Assembly (NCBI GenBank): GCA_965225945.1
Contig: CBDDBZ010000034.1
Coordinates: 192,001-256,000, forward strand
DNA length: 64,000 bases
Direction of reading: 5' to 3'
Origin: Alphaproteobacteria bacterium
GTDB lineage: Bacteria; Pseudomonadota; Alphaproteobacteria; GCA-2731375
Part shown: in pieces, positions 56,454 through 64,000 of the stretch
How positions within the stretch are numbered: position 1 is the first letter of the stretch
Layout of the letters: every line of letters begins with the position of its first letter
Translations under genes and position numbers: made by a program
The notes under the pieces: generated by a model
What the model was told of the DNA's origin: nothing
Databases searched by the model: none
What the model saw: only the letters and a program-made list of their open reading frames with translations

Positions 56454-57377
56454 TCACGCCATCAAGGCGCCGACATGGGCCGCCGCGCTCGCCGCCAGCG
56501 CCTCCAGATCGTAGCCGCCCTCGAGGGTCGAGACGATGCGGCCCGCCGCGTGCCGCGCGGCGATTTGCCCGAGTTCGCCCGTGATCCAGGCATAGTCGTC
56601 CTCGACCAGCGCCAATTGCGCCAAGGGGTCGCGCAGGTGGGCGTCGAACCCGGCGGAAATCAGCACCAATTCCGGCCCGAACGCATCGAGCGCCGGCAGC
56701 AGCCATTCACGAAAGACGGCGCGAAACGCGTCGGAGCCGCTGCCCGGCGCCAGCGGCGCGTTGAAGATATTGCCGACACCCCGCATCGAGGCCGGCCCCG
56801 TTCCCGGATAGAGCGGCGATTGATGGGTCGAGAGGTAGACCAGGTTCGCGTCCTCGCGGAACGCCGCCTCGGTGCCGTTGCCGTGATGGACGTCGAAATC
56901 GATCACGGCGATTCGCTCGAGCCCGTGCGCGGCGCGGGCATGCAGCGCGCCGACGACGATGCTGTTGAAGATGCAGAAGCCCATCGAGCGCGCCGGCTCG
57001 GCGTGGTGGCCCGGCGGGCGGGTGGCGCAAAAGGCGTTGTCGATCTCAGCCCCGATCACCGCGTCGACGGCGGCGACCACGGCGCCCGCCGCGCGTCGCG
57101 TCGCCTCGAGCGAGCCCGGCGACATGACCGTGTCGGGATCGAGCCGGAGCGATTCCTCGCTCGGCGCCAATTCGAAGATCTGCTCGACATAGGCCTGGGC
57201 GTGGCCGCGCGCGAGCTGTTCGCGGCTCGCCTCGGGCGCCTCAGCCCGATCGAGCTCGCCGAATTCGTCCCCCTCGAGGGCCGCCAGCACCGCCCGCAGG
57301 CGATCGACCCGTTCCGGGTGTCCCGGTCCGGTATCGTGGTCGAGACAGGCGCCGTGGCTATAGAGGCGGGTGGTCAT
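56454..57377 (-). CDS. Histone deacetylase family protein
   Basis: GHPER, RPPGHHA, GFCIFN, DFDVHHGNGT, SAGFDAH, LEGGY. Confidence 0.93.
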   Translation of the reverse strand: MTTRLYSHGACLDHDTGPGHPERVDRLRAVLAALEGDEFGELDRAEAPEASREQLARGHAQAYVEQIFELAPSEESLRLDPDTVMSPGSLEATRRAAGAVVAAVDAVIGAEIDNAFCATRPPGHHAEPARSMGFCIFNSIVVGALHARAAHGLERIAVIDFDVHHGNGTEAAFREDANLVYLSTHQSPLYPGTGPASMRGVGNIFNAPLAPGSGSDAFRAVFREWLLPALDAFGPELVLISAGFDAHLRDPLAQLALVEDDYAWITGELGQIAARHAAGRIVSTLEGGYDLEALAASAAAHVGALMA

Positions 57378-58168
57378 GCGGCGGCCTGCGCCTCGACCTC
57401 CGCCAAAAATTCGGCGATCGAGCGGTTGAAGAGATCGGGCCGTTCCAGATTGGCCAGGTGGCCGACGCCGGGAATCGAGTGATGGCGCGAATTGGGGATC
57501 CGCTGCGCCATCCGTGCCATGCCCTTGGCCGGCGCCACCTCGTCCTTGGCGCCGGAGAGCAGCAGGGTCGGTGCGGTGATCCGGCCGAGGTCGTCGCGCC
57601 GGTCGAAGCTGACGAGGCATTGGAGCGCGGCCCGGTAGGTCGCCGCCGGGATCGTGGCCATCGCCTCGACGGCGCGGAGAATCGCCGCCTCTTCGGAAGA
57701 GTCGGCGAACATGGCCGGCATGGTTTGGGGCGCAATATCGGCCGGCGTCAGGCCGCGCTCGAGCGGCGCCAGGCGGGCCGCTAGGAAGTTTTCCTGAAAG
57801 CTTCCGTCGGCGCTGCCGAATCGGGCGGAGGTCGCCGACAACACCAGCGCCGAGACCCTCTCGGGTCGGCGGATCGCCAGCTCCTGCGCCACCATGCCGC
57901 CCATCGAATGGCCGACGATGCCTGAGCGCTCGACGCCGAGGTGATCCATCAATCGGACCAGCGCGTCGGCCAGGCCGGCCCAGGTCATCTCGTCCCCGAG
58001 GGGCGAGCCGCCGTAGCCCGGCATGTCCCAGGCGACCGCCCGCCACCGAGGGGCGAAGTGCGCGAGAGAGGCCTCGAAGCTCCCCCGATTGCCGCCGATG
58101 CCGTGCAGGAAGATCAGCGTTTGCCCGCCGCTTCCCTCGATCTCGTGCGTCGGAATGTTCGCGCCCAC
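57374..58168 (-). CDS. Alpha/beta fold hydrolase
   Basis: FLHGIGG, DMPGYG, GHSMGG, GHLANLE. Confidence 0.9.
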   Translation of the reverse strand: MGANIPTHEIEGSGGQTLIFLHGIGGNRGSFEASLAHFAPRWRAVAWDMPGYGGSPLGDEMTWAGLADALVRLMDHLGVERSGIVGHSMGGMVAQELAIRRPERVSALVLSATSARFGSADGSFQENFLAARLAPLERGLTPADIAPQTMPAMFADSSEEAAILRAVEAMATIPAATYRAALQCLVSFDRRDDLGRITAPTLLLSGAKDEVAPAKGMARMAQRIPNSRHHSIPGVGHLANLERPDLFNRSIAEFLAEVEAQAAA

Positions 58169-58292
58169 ATTGTCCTCCCGATGGTTTCCGACGCGAAGCT
58201 AGCACCCGCCAGCGGGGGTGGCGAGCCTGGGAAACTTGAAAGCGGGCCTGAGAAGGCGACATAGTGAAGCGTGGAGGCCTCGACGAGCGAGG

Positions 58293-58598
58293 ATGGAGAT
58301 GAACAAGAGACTTCGGGCCGCCGCGCTGGCGGCCGCGGTGGGGCTGTCGGCGGGCCTGCTGGCGCCGCCGGCCGTGGCGGAAGATCCAGGGGCGGAGGTC
58401 GAGCGTCTCGCCCGCGATGCGGCGCGCACGATCGTCGCCGCGCTGTCGCTGCTGGTCGCCTCGATCCCGCAGTACGAACTGCCGGAAATCATGGCGAACG
58501 GCGACATCATCATTCGCCGCAAGAACCCGAGCGGTTCCGTGCCGCGCGAGGCGCCGGAGCCGATGCCGGAGGAGCAAGGCGACTTCGACAAGACGTGA
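58293..58598 (+). CDS. Small secreted hypothetical protein
   Basis: Signal peptide ending AVA; IPQYELPEIMANGDIIIRRK core. Confidence 0.65.
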   Translation: MEMNKRLRAAALAAAVGLSAGLLAPPAVAEDPGAEVERLARDAARTIVAALSLLVASIPQYELPEIMANGDIIIRRKNPSGSVPREAPEPMPEEQGDFDKT

Positions 58599-58758
58599 CT
58601 CGGCACGGGGTTTGCGGGGCCACCGGCAAAGTTGATTGTGACCATCGCCCGTCGGCTTTCGCCGTCCACGACGTCGTTCGGGTCCGGGGGGATGGATTTC
58701 GGGCGGGATCGATGGTGAGCGGCGAAGCGCGAGCGATGGCGGCGCGGCGGGCGAGGCC

Positions 58759-60072
58759 TTGAGCGGCGGCGTGGTCGGCTGGCGCGCGGCGAGCGCGGTC
58801 TATCTCGATCGCCGCCTATTCGCCATCCTCTTCCTCGGTTTCTCCAGCGGCCTGCCGCTGCTGCTCACGTTCTCCACGCTTTCCGTCTGGCTCGCCGAGG
58901 CCGGCGTGACCAAGACGGCGATCGGCCTCTTCGCGCTGGTCGGCCTGCCCTATGCGACGAAGTTCCTCTGGGCGCCGTTGATGGACCGGGTGCGGCTCCC
59001 CTGGCTCACCCGCCGTTTCGGCAGGCGGCGCGGCTGGGCACTGGTGACCCAGGCGATGTTGATGATCGGCGTCGTCGGGCTCGGCCAGGGCGATCCCGCC
59101 GTCGATCCGGGGAGAATCGCGGTCTGGGCGCTTTTCGTCAGCTTCGCCTCGGCCAGCCAGGACATCGTCATCGATGCCTACCGGGTGGAGATCCTGGAGG
59201 AGCGGCAGTACGGCGCCGGCGCGGCGATGATCGTCGGCGGCTATCGCTTAGGGCTGCTGGCCGCCGGCGCCGGCGGCCTCTACCTGGCCGAGGCGATCCC
59301 CTGGTCGGCCGTCTATGGGGTGATGGCCGCCCTGATGCTGGTCGGCGTCGCCACGGTGCTGGCGAACCCGGAGCCGACGAGCGACGCGGCGGTGGGCGAG
59401 GCGGCGGCGGGCCCGCGCGAGAGCGGCCTCGAGGAATGGCTGCGCGAGGCGGTGGTAGCGCCCTTTGTCGACTTCATGGGGCGGCGCGACTGGGTGGCGA
59501 TCCTGCTCTTCGTCGCCCTCTACAAGTTCGGCGACAGCCTGGCCGGCGTGATGGCCAACCCCTTCTATATTGAGATTGGCTTCTCCAAGGTGGAGATCGC
59601 CAACATCTCGAAACTCTTCGGCCTGGTCGCGACGCTGCTCGGCGTCTTCCTCGGCGGCATCATGGTGGTCCGGCGCGGCATCATGTGGAGCCTGCTGGTC
59701 TGCGGCGTGGCTCAGATGCTTTCCAACCTGTTGTTCGCGGTGCAGGCCGTGGTGGGCCACGACCTCGCCATGCTGACGGTGACCATCGGCGTCGAAAATC
59801 TGGCCGGCGGCATGGGCACGGCCGCGTTCGTCGCCTATCTCTCGGCGCTCTGCAATTTCCGCTATACGGCAACGCAGTACGCGCTGCTGTCGTCGTTCAT
59901 GGCCTTCGCGCGAACCACGCTCTCGGCCGGCGGTGGCTGGATGGCCGATCATGCCGACTGGACGACCTTCTTCGTCGCGACCACCATCGCCGCGCTGCCG
60001 GGCTTATTGTTATGGTTGTGGCTGGAGCGGCGCGGGCACGCGCCCCGAGCGCCGTCGAGGGAGCGCGGATGA
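58759..60072 (+). CDS. ampG: AmpG family muropeptide MFS permease
   Basis: [40 protein letters not shown]. Confidence 0.92.
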   Translation: MSGGVVGWRAASAVYLDRRLFAILFLGFSSGLPLLLTFSTLSVWLAEAGVTKTAIGLFALVGLPYATKFLWAPLMDRVRLPWLTRRFGRRRGWALVTQAMLMIGVVGLGQGDPAVDPGRIAVWALFVSFASASQDIVIDAYRVEILEERQYGAGAAMIVGGYRLGLLAAGAGGLYLAEAIPWSAVYGVMAALMLVGVATVLANPEPTSDAAVGEAAAGPRESGLEEWLREAVVAPFVDFMGRRDWVAILLFVALYKFGDSLAGVMANPFYIEIGFSKVEIANISKLFGLVATLLGVFLGGIMVVRRGIMWSLLVCGVAQMLSNLLFAVQAVVGHDLAMLTVTIGVENLAGGMGTAAFVAYLSALCNFRYTATQYALLSSFMAFARTTLSAGGGWMADHADWTTFFVATTIAALPGLLLWLWLERRGHAPRAPSRERG

Positions 60073-60593
60073 GCGGCGGAATCGACATCGTCGAGGGCGA
60101 CATCACCAAGCTGGAGGTGGACGCCATCGTCAACGCGGCCAACGAATCGTTGCTCGGTGGCGGTGGCGTCGACGGCGCGATCCATCGCGCGGCGGGGCCC
60201 TCGCTGCTGGCCGAGTGCCGCGACCTCGGCGGCTGCCCGACGGGCGAGGCCCGAATCACTCGGGGCTACCGCCTGGCGGCGCGCCACGTCATCCATACCG
60301 TCGGGCCCCTCTGGCGCGGCGGCGGCGCGGGCGAGGCGGAGCTGCTCGCCGCCTGCTACCGCAACAGCCTGGCGCTCGCCGAAGCGGCGGAGGTCCGCTC
60401 TATCGCCTTTCCCGCGATTAGCACCGGCGTCTATGGCTACCCGCTGGCGCCGGCGACGAGGATCGCCGTGCGGTCGGCCCTGTCGCACCTAGCGGCGAAG
60501 CGAAACGTCGAGCGCATCACCTTCGCCACCTTCGGCGCTGAGGCGACGGGAATTTACCGCGACGTGTTGGCCGAAGCGGGCGGCGAAACCTGA
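60069..60593 (+). CDS. Macro-domain protein (O-acetyl-ADP-ribose deacetylase, YmdB-like)
   Basis: [39 protein letters not shown]. Confidence 0.92.
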   Translation: MSGGIDIVEGDITKLEVDAIVNAANESLLGGGGVDGAIHRAAGPSLLAECRDLGGCPTGEARITRGYRLAARHVIHTVGPLWRGGGAGEAELLAACYRNSLALAEAAEVRSIAFPAISTGVYGYPLAPATRIAVRSALSHLAAKRNVERITFATFGAEATGIYRDVLAEAGGET

Positions 60594-60700
60594 AATCGTC
60601 ATCGAGACGGTGCGAGATCATGGTTGACCCCACCTCGGACCCGCCTTACCTTTGTTCCGGCCAGGGCGAATGCCGCCCTGACGCAAGCAAGGAGACTCCG

Positions 60701-60880
60701 ATGCGCAAGGCGATCGTGCTCGCCGTCGTGGGCCTGTTCATGGCTTCCAGCGGGGCAATGGCCGCCGGCGGCGGCGGCTGTGGGGCCAAATCGGCGTCCA
60801 AGGACCAGACGGTGGTGCAGGACCAGGGCAAGCCCCAGACCCAGACACCGGCCCCGGCGGCGACGGAAACCAAGAGCTGA
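60701..60880 (+). CDS. Small secreted hypothetical peptide (59 aa)
   Basis: Strong RBS AAGGAG; signal peptide ending AMA. Confidence 0.6.
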   Translation: MRKAIVLAVVGLFMASSGAMAAGGGGCGAKSASKDQTVVQDQGKPQTQTPAPAATETKS

Positions 60881-61049
60881 ATCCGAGCCCGTCGCGCGCG
60901 GCGGGTGGGCATTCAAAGTCCTTTCGAATGACGTCCGGGCGCATTCATTTGGCGCGCGCGGGTGTGGCGCGCCGCCAGAGGGCCGTCATTCGGCAAAGCG
61001 ACGGCACGGCTCGGGCCGTGACGCGAACGGCTTTTCAACAGGGAACTCG

Positions 61050-62027
61050 TTACGGGATGAAGACCGTCGAGCCGGTGGTCTTGCGGCCTTGCAGATCGCG
61101 GTGGGCCTTGGCGGCGTCCTTCAGGCGATAGGTCTGGTTGACCTCGATTCGAACCTTGCCGCTGGTCACCATGGCGAAGAGCCGCCGGGCGGAGAGTTCC
61201 AGGTCCGCCCGGCTCGCCGTGTAGGCCATCAGCGAGGGCCGGGTCAGGTAGAGCGAGCCCTTGGCTCCCAGCATGGCCGGCGCCATCGTCTCGACCGCGC
61301 CCGAGGCGTTGCCGAAGGAGACCATCATGCCGCGCGGCGCCAGGCAATCGAGGGAACCCTCCCAGGTCGACTTGCCGACCGCGTCGTAGACCACCGGCAC
61401 GCCCGCGTCTTTGGTGACCCGGCGGACCGCCTTGGTGAAGTCCTGCTTGGTGTAGTCGATCACATGGTCGTAGCCGTGCGCCTTGGCGAGCTTGCATTTG
61501 GCCGGCCCGCCCGCGGTGCCGATGACCGTGGCGCCGAGCGCCTTGGCCCACTGCCCGGCGATCAGGCCCACGCCGCCCGCCGCCGCGTGGATCAGGATGG
61601 TCTCGCCCCGCTTCACCGGATAGGTCCGGCTGAGCAGGTATTCGACCGTCATGCCCTTCAGCATCATCGCCGCGGCCTCTTGGTCGGTGATCTTGGCCGG
61701 CAGCTTCAGCAACTTGGCGGCCGGCATGTTGCGGGCCTCGGAATAGGCGCCGAGCGGGCCGCCCGAATAGGCCACCCGGTCGCCCGGCTTCACATGGCCG
61801 ACGCCGCGCCCCACGGCCTCGACCACGCCGGCCGCCTCGAGCCCGATGGGGCTCGGCATTTCCAAGGGATAGAGGCCGGAGCGATGATAGGTGTCGATGT
61901 AGTTGAGGCCGATCGCGGTATGGCGAACCCGGGCCTCGCCCGCCTTCGGTCTGCCGAGCTCCACGTTCTCCCATTTGAGCACCGAGGCGGGACCGGACTT
62001 GTGGAATCGAAATGCCTTGACCTTCAT
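61050..62027 (-). CDS. qor: NADPH:quinone oxidoreductase (zeta-crystallin family)
   Basis: IGLNYID, MLKGMT, HAAAGGVG, FGNASG, TRPSL, TTGS. Confidence 0.92.
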   Translation of the reverse strand: MKVKAFRFHKSGPASVLKWENVELGRPKAGEARVRHTAIGLNYIDTYHRSGLYPLEMPSPIGLEAAGVVEAVGRGVGHVKPGDRVAYSGGPLGAYSEARNMPAAKLLKLPAKITDQEAAAMMLKGMTVEYLLSRTYPVKRGETILIHAAAGGVGLIAGQWAKALGATVIGTAGGPAKCKLAKAHGYDHVIDYTKQDFTKAVRRVTKDAGVPVVYDAVGKSTWEGSLDCLAPRGMMVSFGNASGAVETMAPAMLGAKGSLYLTRPSLMAYTASRADLELSARRLFAMVTSGKVRIEVNQTYRLKDAAKAHRDLQGRKTTGSTVFIP

Positions 62028-62101
62028 GTATCGCTGCTCCCCGTGGGTTATATCCGGCGCCCTCGTGGGCGCGTTCCGCGCCGTCCTTCAGCCCCCCCCG
62101 A

Positions 62102-62800
62102 TCAGCCGAGGTGGGCCTGGAAGAGGTCGAGCGTGCGGCGGTTGGCGAGGTCGGCCGCCGCCTGGTCGTAATGTTCGCCGCCCCTGCGGCAGAAGGCGTG
62201 GTCCTGCTCGGCGTAAGTGTGGATCGAGACCTTGGCGTTGCCGGCCAGCCCCTCGCCGATCTGGGCCTGCGCCTCGGGCGGCACGAACTGGTCCTTGACG
62301 GCGACGTGCAGCATCACCACGCCTGTGAGGTTTGCCGCTTCCTCCAGATGGTCCTGGATGCCGACGCCGTAATAGCCGACCGAGGCGGCGGCATCGGTGC
62401 GGCAGCCGGTGAGGTAGGCCAGCAGCCCGCCGAGGCAATAGCCGGTCGCGCCGATCTTGCCGCTGCAGCCGGGCTGCGCGCGCAGCGCCGTCATCGTCGC
62501 CCCGATATCCTCGATCCCCTTGTCGACGGAGAAGCCCTGATAGAGCTCGAAGGCACGCTTCCACTCCGCTTCCGTTTGGTCGGTGATCTGGATGCCCGGC
62601 TCCTGGCGCCAGAACAAGTCGGGCGAAAGCGCGATATAGCCGGCGGCGGCGAACTGGTCGGTGATGTCGCGCATCACCTGGTTGACGCCGAAGATCTCCT
62701 GAATGACCACCACGCCGGCACCCGAGCCGCCTTCGGGCGTCGCCAGATAGCCGGTGAAATCGCCGTCGGCGCCGTTGATGGTGATGTCGCGTCCCGCCAT
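62102..62800 (-). CDS. Dienelactone hydrolase (carboxymethylenebutenolidase family)
   Basis: IQEIFGVN, PDLFWR, GYCLGG, HAF. Confidence 0.92.
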   Translation of the reverse strand: MAGRDITINGADGDFTGYLATPEGGSGAGVVVIQEIFGVNQVMRDITDQFAAAGYIALSPDLFWRQEPGIQITDQTEAEWKRAFELYQGFSVDKGIEDIGATMTALRAQPGCSGKIGATGYCLGGLLAYLTGCRTDAAASVGYYGVGIQDHLEEAANLTGVVMLHVAVKDQFVPPEAQAQIGEGLAGNAKVSIHTYAEQDHAFCRRGGEHYDQAAADLANRRTLDLFQAHLG

Positions 62801-63020
62801 GGTGTGCCTCCCCTCGCGCGCGTCCCACCCCGGAGACGCTCCCCCGCCAGCGACTGTAGCCCCTGGGCGCCGGCCTTGTCACGCGGGCGCGGGTGGCCAC
62901 AGTCTTCGACGATCGCCGCTCGCGCGGGGGAGCGGGCGGGCCGGGCCATGCCATGCCGAAGGCGTGGCGACAAAGACTCGCGGGGCAGCGGGCCGGACTG
63001 GGTAAATTTCGAGTCAGCCC

Positions 63021-63467
63021 CTACAGCAGCGCGCCCTCGAGGCGCAGCAGCGCCACCTTGGTATCGAGCCCGCCGTCGCCCGAATAGCCGCCGAGACCGC
63101 TGGCCGCCACCACCCGGTGGCAGGGGATCAGGATCGGGATCGGATTGGCCCCGCAGGCGGTGCCGACGGCCCGCGCGAAGCCGCCGATGCGCTGGGCGAG
63201 CGCACCATAGCTCTCCGTCGCGCCGTGCGGGATCTCTCGCATCGCCCGCCAGACCGCCTGCTGGAACGCGCTGCCGGCGGGCCGGAAGGGAAGCTCGAAG
63301 TCCGGCCCGTCGCCGTCGAAATAGGCCTCCAACAGATCGCGCGCGCGGGCGAGCAACGGCGTTTCCGTCTGGTCGCGGCCCCAACCCCAGTCGAGCGCGA
63401 CGATATGGCCGTCGGCCTCGCTCACCGTCAGATCGCCCACCGGACTGCGCATCGAAAGCTGTGGCAT
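63021..63467 (-). CDS. ogt: Methylated-DNA--protein-cysteine methyltransferase
   Basis: FQQAVW, ARAVG, NPIPILIPCHRV, LLRLE. Confidence 0.92.
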   Translation of the reverse strand: MPQLSMRSPVGDLTVSEADGHIVALDWGWGRDQTETPLLARARDLLEAYFDGDGPDFELPFRPAGSAFQQAVWRAMREIPHGATESYGALAQRIGGFARAVGTACGANPIPILIPCHRVVAASGLGGYSGDGGLDTKVALLRLEGALL

Positions 63468-63554
63468 GTCGGGCCTCCGGGCATCGTCGAGGCGTGGATC
63501 ATAACGCAATTCGTGGCGCCGGGGCGGGTCGAGACATCGCGATCGGTCGCGACC

Positions 63555-64000
63555 TCACTCGTACCTTCCCTCCCGCGCGGCGGCGGCGAGGCCTCGGACG
63601 TAGATCGCGATCAGCGTGTGGGTCAGGGCCTCGACGGATTCGCGGGGGTCGAGCTTGCGGCCGGCCTCCAGCGAGCAGATGCCGTGCAGCGCCGACCAGA
63701 AGACCCGGGCGGAATGTTCGCGCTCCCCCTCCCGGCCCTCGGGAAAGAGCGGAGCGAGCGCGCCCTCCAGCAGGCTCAGCAGGCGATTTCTCTTCTCGCC
63801 ATGCCACTCGGGAAGCTCGCGCCCCTCGGGCAGGTGATGCTCGAACAGCAACGACCAGCGGGCGGCGTGCCGGCGGGTGAAGGCGATATAGCCCTCGGCC
63901 AGGCGGTGCAACGCCGCCTCCGGGCCGCCGTCGAGCGGGATTGGCCGGAGCGCCGCGTAGAGCGCATCGAGCGTCCGGCCGCTCAGATGGACGATCAGAT
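63555..64000 (-). CDS. TetR family regulator, WHG C-terminal domain (5' end beyond window)
   Basis: YIAF...WSLLF...FWSALHGICSL. Confidence 0.8.
   Translation of the reverse strand, partial: LIVHLSGRTLDALYAALRPIPLDGGPEAALHRLAEGYIAFTRRHAARWSLLFEHHLPEGRELPEWHGEKRNRLLSLLEGALAPLFPEGREGEREHSARVFWSALHGICSLEAGRKLDPRESVEALTHTLIAIYVRGLAAAAREGRYE

Noticed and set aside
60069-60593. Macro-domain protein as part of a DarTG-like toxin-antitoxin or defence system
   Set aside because: Stand-alone YmdB-type protein with no ADP-ribosyltransferase neighbour.
1512-63880. Many long alternative-frame and antisense ORFs (e.g. 1618-3624, 13660-15753, 53125-55218, 62111-63880)
   Set aside because: Arg/Gly/Pro-rich shadow ORFs of real genes, expected at high GC; no motifs except the short fragments reported separately.

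Overview
A GC-rich (roughly 70% by eye) alphaproteobacterial chromosomal segment; gene order and protein style suggest Rhodospirillales-like, which is inference. The backbone is housekeeping and metabolic: uvrC-pgsA-mobB-moeA-moaD-moaE, rpmB, tsaC, lpoA-like/rsmI-yraN-BON, ribF, rlmD-tlyA-dxs-ispA-xseB, ampG, qor and ogt, plus many catabolic enzymes. Superimposed are recent mobile-DNA activity and gene decay. (1) A two-ORF IS3-like element flanked by an unusually long 14-bp direct repeat, nested inside a ~145-bp MITE. (2) Two 1223-bp IS4-family (IS10-like) copies, each with its own 9-bp TSD; one disrupts cheY, and the adjacent cheZ has an amber stop at its catalytic Gln. (3) A parDE/GNAT block with a diverged partial second copy bracketing an N,N-dimethylformamidase-beta-like gene, with IS3 and resolvase remnants. 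(4) An exact in-frame 213-bp tandem duplication of the catalytic end of an RlmD-like methyltransferase. (5) TA-flanked palindromic elements that supply stop codons, and several small pseudogene remnants (IS110, HAD, MaoC, acyl-CoA ligase frameshift). I saw no rRNA, tRNA or CRISPR array. No clearly new multi-gene system can be proven from sequence alone; the long-TSD IS3-like element and the DMFase-like islet are the best leads.
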